Source: Octopus vulgaris (lineage: Eukaryota). Taken from it: DNA of 64,000 nucleotides. The notes under the pieces are model-generated. The model did no database searches. It was given only the letters and a program-made list of their open reading frames with translations, and was not told the DNA's origin. Below, piece after piece: positions 27,900-40,433 of this stretch. The DNA is taken from positions 126,790,001 through 126,854,000 of the forward strand of contig OX597815.1 in NCBI GenBank assembly GCA_951406725.2, written 5' to 3'. Position 1 is the stretch's first letter; each line of letters starts with the position of its first letter. The position numbers and the translations under genes are program-made.

Positions 27900-28290
27900 A
27901 TAATCAGTACCAGTAAGTCTTCTCTGAAGTAAAAGGGAGTGAAATTAGATCAGGAAGAATATGAGAGGATATGACAATGAAATATGGCATTGAGAATTAT
28001 GTGAATTATGCGCAAACTCTCTAAATTAGAGAGTGGGGTGATAAATTGCATGTATGCCAACCTTTTAGTATAATTGAGTCAAATCACATTAAAGATCCTT
28101 TGGGATTTTGCTATCCAATGTAACCATATGATTTGAATGTTAAGAGACCTAATATTTTTGCAGTGAATGAAAAATCAAGAGAATTGGAAATAATTGATAC
28201 TGCAGAACCTGGATGCATTAGAATTGAGAGCAAGGAAGTAGAAAGATTAAAGAGATTCTCAATATATCACCAAGTGAAAAATTGTAAATA
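27900..28290 (+). pseudogene. Decayed R4/Dong RLE endonuclease fragment
   Basis: KILWDFAIQCNH followed by KRPNIFAVNEKSRELEIIDTAEPG..IESKEVERL (PD-D/ExK-like). Confidence 0.6.
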
Positions 28291-28302
28291 TAATATTGTT
28301 AA

Positions 28303-28458
28303 AGGAGTGACTGTGTGGTAAGTGGCTTGCTTACCAACCACATGGTTCTGGGTTCAGTTCCACTGTGTGGCACCTTGGGCAAGTGTCTTCTACTATAGCC
28401 TCAGGCTGACCAAAGCCTTGTGAGTGGATTTGATAACTGGAAACTGAAAGAAGCCAGT

Positions 28459-28515
<57 letters not shown>

Positions 28516-29076
28516 TACTAATATAGGATGAAGCTTTTTTACAGAAAAAAATTTCATCAGAAAATGTGACAGCATATTAAAGTACCTTTAAGGTTAAAAT
28601 CATAAACAACTTATAAACAAGGGCTAAAGAAAATTATTTCTATGCCAATATGCTGATAACAGACTTTTAAATCGTCAATTTCCACATATTATTTACTCGC
28701 TACAGAAAACATGTAGAGCTGAAATTGGGGAAAGCTGGCCAAAAGAATTTTTTTAAAAAAAAAGTTCGTTATTTCTATATTGAATCAATTTCGGAATTAA
28801 TCTCATAATAAATTTTTTCCTCTTCAGTAGAAAATACGAAAAGACATAAATAAAATACTTACAAGCGCCCATGGAAAAAAGCCAAAGCAAAAATCATGAG
28901 TACATATAAGTACCCCAGATATATCTAAATATAAAATCCTTCGGTCAGCATCAGCACACGTGTGAACTGTTCCTCACTACAGTTTATAGCGATTATACGT
29001 GGAAATTGATGATTTATAAGTCTGTTATCAGCATATTGGCATTGAAATAATTTTCTTTAGCCCTTGTTTATAAGTT

Positions 29077-29120
<44 letters not shown>

Positions 29121-29345
29121 GTGTGTGTATATGTTTGTGTGTCTGTGCTTGTCCCCCCAACATCACTTGACAACCAGCACTGGTGTGTTTATGTGCCCAT
29201 AACTTAGCAGTTTGGTAAAAGAGACCAATAGAATAAGTACTAGGCTTACAAGGAATAAGTCTTGGGGTAAATTTGCTCAACTAAAGGTGGTGCTCCAGCA
29301 AGGCCGCAGTCAAATGACTGAAACAAGTTGAAGGATAGAAGAATA
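28303..29345 (+). mobile_element. SINE family A interrupted in its central microsatellite by a foldback element
   Basis: 5' half 28303..28460 and 3' half about 29120..29345 are collinear with the uninterrupted copy at 29840..30280. Confidence 0.75.
28602..29082. mobile_element. MITE/foldback with ~85-bp terminal inverted repeats
   Basis: ATAAACAACTTATAAACAAGGGCTAAAGAAAATTATTTC...TTTCCAC mirrored by GTGGAAA...GAAATAATTTTCTTTAGCCCTTGTTTATAAGTTGTTTAT. Confidence 0.8.
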
Positions 29346-29791
29346 CAGATTACCAAAAGTCAGAAGAGTATCTACACACACACACACACACACACACGTA
29401 ATGTTTGTTTACATGCTATGTAATAAAATAAACAATTTTACATTAAACTGAAAGATAAAACTTCATTATTTTATTGACTACTGCCATGAGAGATAACACT
29501 GTCAAGTCGTAACTTAATTCAAGACTAAATATGGATGTATGTATTTCGATAATCCTCACTACTTTTAGAAAATTAAATTAGGAAATTGGACAAAACAGAG
29601 AACACAACTGAAAAAATTAAAAAGAAGAAAAAGAGAGAAAGAAAGAAGAGGAAAAAACCCAAAATAATTCACCACCTTAGGTTGAAAACTTGGGGGTACT
29701 GGGAAACCTCTGTAGTGGCTGTTGAGGCATGCCATATTCAATACTTTTTGTAGAGTATGAAATTATTATTCTTTAACAAGAATAGTACTGA

Positions 29792-29834
29792 CATTGACTT
29801 TGAAGTTTCAGCTAGAAAGGCCATCATCAGGATG
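29792..29834 (-). ncRNA. Type I hammerhead ribozyme-like motif
   Basis: Minus strand: CATC-CTGATGA-TGGC CTTTCT AGCT-GAAACTTCAAAGTC-AATG. Intact core, GUC cleavage triplet, near-palindromic stem III. Confidence 0.6.
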
Positions 29835-29839
29835 AAAGA

Positions 29840-29996
29840 AGGCATGGCTGTATAGTAAGAAGTTTGCTTCCCCATCACATGGTTCTGAGTTCAGTCCCAC
29901 TGCATGGCAGCTTACACAAGGGTCTTCTACTACTGCTTCATACTGACCAAAAGCCTTGTGAGTAGGTTTTAGTAAATGGAAATTGAAAGAAGCCTG

Positions 29997-30049
<53 letters not shown>

Positions 30050-30280
30050 TGCCTGTGATTGTCCACCACCACTGCTTGACAACTGGTGCTGGTGTGTTTA
30101 ATTCCTTTTAGCAGTTTAGCAAAAGTGACTGATAAAATAAGTATGAGGCCTTAAAAGAAGAGAAAAAAGAAAAAGAAAAGAAATACTGAGTTCAATTAGT
30201 TCAACTAAAATTCCCCAAGGTGGTGCCCCAGCATGGCCACAGTCTAATGACTGAAGCAAATAAAAGATAAAAGACAAAAT
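29840..30280 (+). mobile_element. SINE family A
   Basis: Head GGCATGGCTGTATAGTAAG...GAGTTCAGTCCC, (GT)n centre, AT-rich tail. Confidence 0.8.
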
Positions 30281-30619
30281 CTGTATGTATGTATGTATGT
30301 ATGTATAGACAGACAGACTAACAGACAGACAGTCAGATAGACAGACAGACAGATAGACAGACAGACAGATAGATAGATAGATAGTTAGATAACTTTAAAT
30401 TAGACATGTGGTTAACTAAAAATATCTGAGCAACAATAATAACTTTATTCCAAATCCCATTTAACCACATGTGCAGATGATGGGCGTCTAACCCCAAAAC
30501 ATCAAAGAAATACCAGGTAAAGCTCCAATCGTTGTTCTATTTCACTTTTGTACTTAGTGCATAAGGTATTTGAGGACACCATTTTTGGGTCATTATTGCA
30601 TTTTTTGCTAACTCTGTAT

Positions 30620-30990
30620 AATCTTTGTTTCAGAAAATAATAATGGTAGACCCTCAGATTACTCAAGAAATGAAGAGGCATGCTATTATTGTGGTTATAA
30701 AGGCTGAACATGGCAATTTAGAAATATCTTGATTTTTAAAAGTTGTCAGATCTTTCGTCTACAAGGTTTAAAAGGAGTGTGAGACTGAAGATGGTAACGT
30801 ATCACCAGCATCAAAGCATAAAAAGCATTCTAAAAGCACTGAAATCATCAGAACACCTGAATTTATCCAGCAACTTCAAAAGACCATTGATTACAATCCC
30901 AGAAAGTTCATGAGGTCAATTGCAAAAGCTCTCCATGTGTTAGAAGGAATGGTCAGAAATGTTATTCCGGAAGACATCAGTTATAAGTTT
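30620..30990 (+). pseudogene. maT/Tc1-like transposase N-terminal (HTH) fragment
   Basis: FLKVVRSFVYKV...IIRTPEFIQQLQKTIDYNPRKFMRSIAKALHVLEGMVRNVIPEDISYK. Confidence 0.65.
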
Positions 30991-31254
30991 CCTTTCTTTA
31001 TTAAGAACAGCAAATAGTAAGAAGACTACAACAGATTTAGATTAGGCAGTGAATAAATTAGTGAAAACTCTAGTATCTAAAATTTTGAGTTTCAATTTAC
31101 TTCTAGTATATACTAGTATATACTAGAATATAATATAATTCTTACATGGAGAAAGGTAATCCTCATTATAATGGAGTTCCTATAAGTATATCTATGTATA
31201 TTATTTACATTATTTACAATTGACAGCTATTTTTCCTCATCCTGTTTGTTGTTA

Positions 31255-31298
31255 ACACAATGTTTCGGCTGATATACCCTCCAGCCTTCATCAGGTGT
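31255..31298 (-). ncRNA. Minimal type I hammerhead ribozyme-like motif
   Basis: Minus strand: ACAC-CTGATGA-A-GGCTG GAGGGTATAT CAGCC-GAAAC ATT-GTGT. Stems I and II pair perfectly; stem III AACATT is probably CpG-decayed AACGTT. Confidence 0.65.
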
Positions 31299-31348
31299 CT
31301 TGGGGAAATTTCAAACCTGGGTTCTCACTCCTATGCTATTTTTCGATG

Positions 31349-31379
<31 letters not shown>

Positions 31380-31380
<1 letters not shown>

Positions 31381-32401
31381 TTTTTTTTTTTCTTCTTCTT
31401 TCAAATTTGCTTCCATTTCTTGCCGAGCGTCTTCCCGACTCCTAGGGCAAAGAAACTCATAGTATACATTGGTAGGCCATTAAGCCAAACTCAATAGTTC
31501 GTTCATTTTTTTTTTCTTTTTTAAGGTTAAATTAAAATACATGGGCAGTAACAGCTCTCACAATGACAATGCTCTTCTCAATACGTGTGATGTACCAGTT
31601 AAGACAATCTTTTGCACTTCTTGCAGGGATGGTAAGCCAGGGATCATTCTCATATAATTTTCAGTTCCCTTCTTGATCATTCCTAGTGCTCCTACGATCA
31701 CTGGTATTGTAACCGCCTTAAGATGCCACATTTTCTCAATTTCAATGAGCAGATCTTTATATTTTCTGAGCTTGTCAAACTCTTTCGCCGAGATATTATG
31801 ATCACAGGGGATGCTCATGTCGATCAATAAGCAAACTTTATTGTTTTTGTCTTTCACAACAATATCTGGTTTATTGGCTTTGATGGTTCAGTCTGTATGT
31901 ACTGGAAAGTCCCACAGAATCGTTACATTTTCTCCTTCAGTTACAGCTTCAGGGTGGTGATTATACCACTTGTCGGCAGTTTTGATATTGTAATGCCGAC
32001 TTATTAGCCAGTGTAGATATTGGCCAACTCTGTCATGTCTTAATTTATACTCCACTGGTGCTAAGACTTTACATCCAGAGATTAGGTGGTCCACTGTTTC
32101 AATCATGTCATTGCAAAATCGGCATTTTGGGTCTGCTCCATTTTTCATTATATTGGCCTGGTAGTTCCGGGTTAATAGGCTTTGATCTTGAGCAGCCAGG
32201 ATGAAACCTTCACTCTCTGCTTTTAGCCCTGAGCTCCGTAGCCACTGATGGGTTTGCTTCTGGTCAACATCAGCTTGTTTGCTACGGGCCACATATTTGC
32301 CGTGCAGAGGTTTCTCCTCCCACCTATCAGCCAATTGCTCGTGCGCTTTTTTCGTTGCCATTATTTTCACCTTCTTTGCAACAATAGTGCCATACTTCCC
32401 G
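31380..32401 (-). mobile_element. 5'-truncated R4/Dong LINE (CCHC knuckle + RLE), 3' end at (TAA)n
   Basis: ORFs 31888..32418 and 31558..31857: KPLHGKY, AAQDQSLLTRNY, CRFC..ETVDHLISGC, RHD, KPDIVV..LIDMSIP..KY. One internal stop; poly(A) abuts (TAA)n. Confidence 0.9.
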
Positions 32402-32466
<65 letters not shown>

Positions 32467-32467
32467 A

Positions 32468-32514
<47 letters not shown>

Positions 32515-32767
32515 TATATATATGTTGTATGAAAGACTGATATTAGATAAAATTAGTTTATCTTGAAGAGCTCAATTAAATGAATGAAAGCATTAATAAA
32601 GAATTATCCAAACTGGCTGCCTCATTCTTCTTAATGTACAATAACTGTACACCTCTTCAAACACTCTAAACATATATATATATATATGCATGTGTGTGTT
32701 AGTAGAGAAGTTGGAATAACCATCTCAGGGATAAAGATATCCATTTTACTACCAGTATAATTGGTAG

Positions 32768-32941
32768 TAAAGACATTGTACTGAACGCGAGGGAATGCAA
32801 CTCTTGAAGTGAGCCCTTTAAAACCAGATTCAGCTGCAGATCATATGATTTCATAATTAGTGCAAAAATTAAGTGCTGAATCTGGTTTTAAACAGCTCAC
32901 TTAGAGAGTTGCAGTCCCTCGTGTTCAGTACAATGTGTTTA
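32768..32941. repeat. Foldback/MITE-like inverted repeat (~67-bp arms, 40-bp spacer)
   Basis: TAAAGACATTGTACTGAACGCGAGGGA...AAAACCAGATTCAGC versus GCTGAATCTGGTTTT...TCCCTCGTGTTCAGTACAATGTGTTTA. Confidence 0.85.
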
Positions 32942-33201
32942 TTATGGTAGTTTTGACTTTAAGAGTCCCTCCTAGCATGAGGCATTTATGTATAGTAATG
33001 CCCTTAATATAAATAAATCTATTTAAAAGGAATAATTAATAAATTTTTCCCTTATCAGGTTTTTAACGCTAACTATTTGATAAATTCTTATAAAGATTTT
33101 ATCCTATTTTTCAATATATATAGATATAGATAGATAAATAGATTGATATACATATACATATATATACATATATGCATACATATATATGTATATATATATA
33201 T

Positions 33202-33274
<73 letters not shown>

Positions 33275-34209
33275 TATATGTATTTATATATATATCAAGA
33301 TTCATTCAACTGCCAATGATCACTATCTAAAAAGTCTTATGTAAGTTAACAATACAAACCCAAAAATGATGGTCTTTACAGCTAACCATCTAGAATTTCA
33401 CATACCCTACTAAATCTTTATCAGCTAAAGTTAATAAATATCCTATGATAAATCCCATTATGATTTTTCCATGACCACATTAGTCTATTTGTGAAATATA
33501 TTCAGCATCTGTCAGACAGTTGCAACTATATCAACTGATTGGTGTGATTTTTCCATGCTTTATTTCTTTCAGTTTCTCCCACACAATCCAAACAGGTATC
33601 TAAGTTACCATTTCAGATTCTGCCAAACACATACAGAGCAGAACATTCCTGATACACTTTGCAGACATAACCTCACTTTGGGTAGGACATAAAAGCCATC
33701 AATCTCAGACACCATATTATTATGTCAAAAACATATGCCTAGTGAAAGCTATGACATAGCATAAAATCATGCAAGTTAATTTTTCTCATATTCACCAATT
33801 TTTGTATAAAATTCATTCAGATTCACAGGGCTCCAAAAGAACATATCAAAACTGTGATAATAATAATAATGAAGAGGGTTTCAAATTTTGGTATAAAACC
33901 AGCAACTTCAGGGGAAGAAATCTCTATTAGTATCATTTAAAGGTTGTGCATTGTGTGTCTTGGTGTACACTAATGGCTATCCTTGATAAAAGATTTCAAT
34001 TCACTGAGTAGTAAATATGAGTCTATTTTTAAATTTGTAAATCAATGAAAGGTTATATAACTGCATGGTTAAGAAGCTCACTTACCCTGTAGCCACATGG
34101 TTTTAAGTTCAGTCCCACAACATGGCACTAAGATTATATCTCCTTTATTATAGGCACAGGCTGATCAATACCTCATGAGGGAAGCTGGTTGACAGAAACT
34201 GTGTAGAAA

Positions 34210-34440
34210 GGCAGTAAGCTGGCAGAAACATTAGCACGCCGGGCAAAATTCTTAGTGGTATTTCGTTTGCCGTTACCTTCTGAGTTCAAATTCCACTGAG
34301 GTCGACTTTGCCTTTCATCCTCTCGCGCTTGATAAATTAAGTATCAGTTATGCACTGGGGTGGATATAATCGACTTAATCCATTTATCTATCCTTGTTTA
34401 TTCCCTCTGCGTGTAGCCCCTTGTGGGCAGTAAAGAAATA
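34210..34440 (+). mobile_element. SINE family B nested in a family A-related SINE, 16-bp TSD
   Basis: AGAAACTGTGT(A/G)GAAA at 34194-34209 and 34441-34456. Confidence 0.8.
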
Positions 34441-34461
34441 AGAAACTGTGTGGAAATCTGT

Positions 34462-34507
<46 letters not shown>

Positions 34508-34606
34508 CATATATATAGTAAATGAAGTATAAGGAAAGGAAAAAAATTGTAAGTGTCAATGAACTTTAATTCAATTCAAATCCAAGTTGGTACAGAACCA
34601 ATATAC

Positions 34607-34696
34607 ATTCTACAAATTGTTTCAGAGTCTAATTAATTCCAAAGACAAAGATGAAAAACTCTTCATGAAATACAAATTAGATTCCTCATCATGAAT
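34607..34696 (-). ncRNA. Hammerhead-like motif in PLE pseudo-LTR (core C3>A)
   Basis: ATTC-ATGATGA-GGAATCTAATT...AATTAGACTCT-GAAACAATTTGTA-GAAT. Confidence 0.55.
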
Positions 34697-37600
34697 TACA
34701 TACAGGTATGAATGATTACGACCAACAAAAATATACAAAAACCTTTCGTTGCCTAGACATGAAAAAATAAATGAAAGATATGCCAGATATTCAAAACCAG
34801 AAATATATATATATATGTCCTTATTTAAACTTAGTAATATGGTAAAATCAAACGAAAATGAAAATAAAAAACAAATCATTTGTTTACAAAATAGCTTTCT
34901 ACAAGTAAAACAGTAGAATGGCTAAAGAGAGAGAGAGAGAGAGAGAGAGTAGTATCAGGAGAGAAAAAGTAATACAGTGAAGGGGAGGCAAGGAGAGTAA
35001 TAGCCATAACTGAGAGAGTGAGAGAATGTAATGACTGTGTGAGAAAGAAGAACGTGGAGTGTATCTTCTGTTCTCAACATATGAATGAGAAAGGAAGGGG
35101 TAAATAAAGTAAAAGACAGCCATGTAACTCTGTATGAGTATATGTGTATACATGTGTATATGAAAAAGGGATGTATGTGAATATTTGTGTGTATATGCAT
35201 GTGCATGTCTGTGTGTGTGTGGGAATGTGAGTGTGTGCATGTGTAATGGAAACGTTTCCATGCATGCATAATGGAAACGTACTATTCTGAAGATAAAAAC
35301 TGAGATCATAGCAATTATGCTTGAGTATGTGTATGTGTGTGATTGGGAAATTTTTGAATGCTAGTATCTGTGATTGTTCTGTGCTTCATTTTGTATCTTG
35401 TTTAAATAACAATTAGCCAGCAATTATAAATGGCACAGGATCGGCTAATAAATAAATATAGAAATAACAAAATTGTAGTAAGATAATTAAATGAATTAAA
35501 TGTAAAAATCCACCATCTCACAAACACAGATGGACCAAAATTAAAATACTCACAATATCTTAAAAATTTAATTAAAAAAGAACCAAGCTAGAGGAACCAA
35601 TTAGAGTAGTAAAAAACCAAAGGGTGAAACCAAAATTATCAAGCTCACAAAAAACCACTAAATCATCTAATAAAACACTTATAACAGACAACCTTATCTA
35701 GAATTTTTAAACATGCATTTATTCTTATGAACACAGAAAAAACCCCTTTCAGACTTAGAGTTTAGCAGCCTTCTTCTAGAAAATAGAATTAAAAATAATT
35801 CCTCAGAAGAAAGAGAGCAGAACCTATTACCAATCCTATAAGCCAGGGCCACCCCTAAATTGCTCCATTCAATAAAGTACATTTTATTATTATCTTTAAG
35901 ATTCCAGATGAAATTACTAAGACTAGTAGAAGAAGCCCTATTTCTGTTCCAAAAGGAATAGTAATTATTTGAAACCCTTTTCTTAATTTAATTAGCAGAA
36001 GAACCAATATAAAAGTAATTATTATCTTCAAAAATAACTTTAGCTTGACAGACGACTTCCCTACACTTACAAAAATTACCAAATAAAGAATTTTCTATGT
36101 TTTTACAATCACAAACAGAATTCTCACCCCTATTTGCACCTTCATCAATTGAAATATCATTAAGTTAAAGGCTATTACCTCTAATATTATTGAAACTTAT
36201 ATTAGAAATAGAATTCAAACCATCCCTGTCAAACTGGCTACTAGGAAAATCATTAGCATAGGTACTCATGGAATCAGTCATGCTAGTATTAACTAAGTCA
36301 TCTCAAAGATAAAAATTGGATAATTTCTTTTCATTAATAGAAAAAATAGTCTGAAATAGATTCCTAGAGACTGAAAAAGCAATTTTAATGGATCTTGGAT
36401 TCAAAATCTCATATCTACTTTTTTTTATTGAGGTGCTTTAAAAACATTTTATACACTACCCCAACTAAGTTATTTTTTAATTGACTGGCATAGGGAATAA
36501 CAAACCAAATAATGTTACTCTTGTCCAAAACTAAATTAGAATAACCTTATAGACTAACTTAGAATTATAACCTTTTATCACATAATTATATTTATATTTG
36601 TGAACATTAATATCTGGAATTAAAAGGTTACTCTCACAGTAGTTATGCCTACTTCCTGATTCATATTTACATTTCCGTTAAGATTTCAGACATTTAAAGT
36701 TGAATCCATAACCATAACTAGTAAGTTTCAATTTATCCGTATAATCATTGTTAGAAGTATTTAGATTTTCAATTTTCTTATTATAATCAGCCTTACAAGA
36801 AGATAATCCAGAAATTCTTCTAGAGATATTGTAAATTAGAAATTTTTTAACAAAGCTTGGATGATTACTTTCTGAATTAATATATTTCAGATTAGAGTTA
36901 GGCTTATGATAAGGTTTGGAAACATCAGTAATTAAATTGAAGTTAACATCTAGGAAGTTGACAGATTCATGCTCATTTACTATAGTGATAGATAAACCGA
37001 AGCTAACTCTAAAAAAACAGTGAAACTTCTTTCTATATAGATCCAATTTCCTATTTGTAACATTCTTAACAGTGAACAAAGATTCGTCCCAGTATATACC
37101 CCCTTCAAGTTCTAGAAACTCACACCTTAACTTAAACAAAATGTAAATACCTACAATATCCGTAACCTTGGTGAAATTCCCAGCCCCCATGGGAATATCA
37201 AAGCCGTCATAACTACCCTTCCTAATCCAAAACTTATTCTCAAATTCAATAAGAGATCTTCAGAATGATCTTAATTTCATCCATACTTAATTCAGAATAA
37301 CACTTAGCATATATTAGGGCCTTGTTTAAAACATATACATACACAGAGTTGCATGGCTATCTTTTACTTTATTTGCCCATTCCTTTCTCATTCATATATT
37401 GAGAACAGAAGATACACTCTGCGTTCTTCTTTCTCAAACAGTCATTACATTCCCTCACTCTCTCAGTCATGGCTATTACTCTCCCCGCCTCCCTTTCACT
37501 GCATTACTTTTTCTCTCCTCTCACTTCACTGAGACTACTCTCTCTCTATAGCCATTCTACTGTTTTACTTGTAGAAGGCTATTTTGTAAACAAAAGATTT

Positions 37601-37769
37601 GTTTTTTTATTTTTGTTTGATTTTACTATATTACTAAGTTTAAATAAGGACATATATATATATTTCTAGTTTTGAATATCTGACGTATTTTTCATTTATT
37701 TGTTCACATCTGAGCTACGAAAGGTTTTTGTATATTTTTGTTGGTCGTAATCATTCATACCAGTATGTA

Positions 37770-37859
37770 ATTTATGATGAGGAATCTAATTTGTATTTCA
37801 TGAAGAGTTTTTCATCTTTGTCTTTGGAATTAATTAGACTCTGAAACAATTTGTAGAAT
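37770..37859 (+). ncRNA. Hammerhead-like motif in the inverted pseudo-LTR copy (core C3>A)
   Basis: Mirror copy of 34607..34696. Confidence 0.55.
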
Positions 37860-38278
37860 GTATATTGGTTCTGTACCAACTTGGATTTGAATTGAATTAA
37901 AGTTCATCAACACTTACAATTTTTTCTTTTCCTTATACTCCATTTACTGTTTTTGAAAATACTGAATATATATTATGATGTTAGACAATGTATAAGGGTT
38001 TAAGAATTTCTTACCGAACAACCACACAGATGATTTGTTTATAGTGGTCAAATGTTTGTGTAGACATAAGGTCACTCCCTCCATCAACTTGACATTACCT
38101 GTATAGGGGCAATGGAGTCCCACATGTTAGATGCCAAAGTAATTGCAGAACAATGTGAAATGAAGTGCTTTGCTCAAGAACACAATGCAATGCCCAGTCT
38201 GGGAATCGAATTCATGATTTTGCAATCATGAGTGCAACACCTTAACCACTGAGCCATGCACTTCATGTCTTCATGTGA

Positions 38279-38323
<45 letters not shown>

Positions 38324-40349
38324 TACATATACACATATATATGTCTATGTGCGTATGTCGAGTCTGTGACATTCAGAGTTAGCTTGATTTCAACCCCATA
38401 ACCTAGCAGTTTGGCAAAAGAATCTACTAGAATAAGTGCAAAACTTAGAAAATATTACTGGGGGTTAGCCGTTCAACTAAACCCCCCCAAAGTGGTACTC
38501 AAGCATGGCTGCAGATCAATGACTGAAGCAAATAAAAGATAAAGGATAAAAGATAACTTAGTCATCTCCAAATGCAGACACCTACATGTTGAAAATTCTC
38601 ATCATTCTCATCATTTTATGTCCATTTTGAATGGTTGTGTGGTAATAAGCTTGCTTCCCAACCACATGGTTCCGGATTCAGTCCGGAACTTTTCCCATGA
38701 TGGAACAATGATTTTTCTCTGACAGCAGTTTTACATTTTCGAGATGCCTTTGGCTAGGCTGAAATAATGTCTTCACCACTTGACCCTTTCTAACCTCTTC
38801 TACTTCACCAAAAGCTAGAATAGAGATAACAAGACCACCAACTAAATCTATTGTTCTCAATGATATATCTATCCTTCTGGATAGTTATATAAGCAAGCAT
38901 ACCCCAAGCAAAAATCAGTTAGTCACAGTCAGTGAAACTCAACGAGGTCTGACTAACCAGCCTTGGTCAGAGGGAGAAATGAAGTTTACTGTCAGCAACA
39001 CGTGAGACAATGTTCCACACCCTACAATTCTCACTAGCTCTAATTCTGTTCTCTTAAAACATCATTCTATCACTCTCGTTATTTACTACTAAACAATAAA
39101 GAGGACACAAACACAAACTTTACTTCGCATGCTTTTGGATTTATTATAACCTGCCCGTAGAGGCAAAGGTATTGTAATGTAATGGTAAATAAATATTTCT
39201 TTAAAACTTCATGCATTTTTCATCTTTCACATCTTACAATATGCAATAATAACAAACTCTTATCATTGCATCTGCTGACCCCAACAAGTTCATAATAATG
39301 TTTACTAATAAAACCCTTATCATTACATATATATATATATAAATGCATATATTTGTGTGTGTCTGTATTTGTCACCCCCCCCCCCCCAGCATCGCTTGAC
39401 AACCGATGTTGGTGTGTTTATCCCATAAATTAGTGGTTTGGCAAAAGAGACCGATAGAATAATTACTAGTAATAAAAACAAGTAAAAGAATTAAAGAATA
39501 TTTGTATGGGTTAGACAGATATTCTCCAGTATGGCACCTTGCCGCTTGTCGTAGTCCTTTGTCATCTTCTGAGTAACATTCAACCTCTTTCACCTCTATC
39601 AATTATGTTTTCCTCTTCTGTAGGTTTCTTCAATTTAGATTACTTTGAACCTCTTTCCCTAACTATCATCCTCGACATACATAAAATTTCAGTCTTCTTG
39701 CAAAATACATCCAATTCCTTTTATATCTAACTAATTGTCCTCCAACTAATTTGTCCTCCATCATTCATGTACACTAACATTACACGTCCAGTAAAGTATG
39801 CATGTTCTGTTCTTTTCCCAACTTCTACATTTAATGTTTATCTTTTGTCACTATGTAACATAACATTTATTTAAGCTCTTATTTTGCATCAACAATTTTA
39901 ATAGATAAATCAGTAGTATATACTCCTTCATAGTCCATAATTTCTTGCCAATATTCCACTACCTTGTCAATGCCTTGATAGTAGAAATCATTGATCTATT
40001 AAAATTACTGGTGAAAATTAAGATAAAAATAAATGGTGAAAAACAAACAAATTTATCTGACAACTCCATATACAAGCATCGTACAATATGCCCTTCACTG
40101 ACAGAAAATATCTATGCTCCTTAAAATTTTTCCACCCTCTTCTAACTCTGGCCATAGTACTGTCAAAACATGCACCCCCACTTTTAATTAGGTTAGAGAT
40201 GTAAGCAACTAATTCTAAGGAGGTCATCAAACATTGGTGAAAAAGTAAATGGTGTAAATTAAAGGAAAGACAAGTTTAGCTGCCATGCAATTATGTTTTA
40301 CAATCAATATCTAAAATCAAAATGATCACACTTATATTTATTGGCATGT

Positions 40350-40433
<84 letters not shown>

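Larger units (their letters stand above)
34517..37948 (-). mobile_element. 5'-truncated Penelope-like element with inverted pseudo-LTRs
   Basis: RT motifs GIPMG, IYWDE (YRDD-like), VNFLDV, YHKPN, SNHP (36678..37200); linker NIIWF; CDC...VVC..YIG GIY-YIG and C-terminus at 35694..36110. Inverted repeat of about 620 bp: 34517..35145 / 37331..37948. Confidence 0.88.

Noticed and set aside
28303-28375. tRNA gene-like A/B boxes (also in other SINE heads)
   Set aside because: No complete cloverleaf; these are SINE heads.
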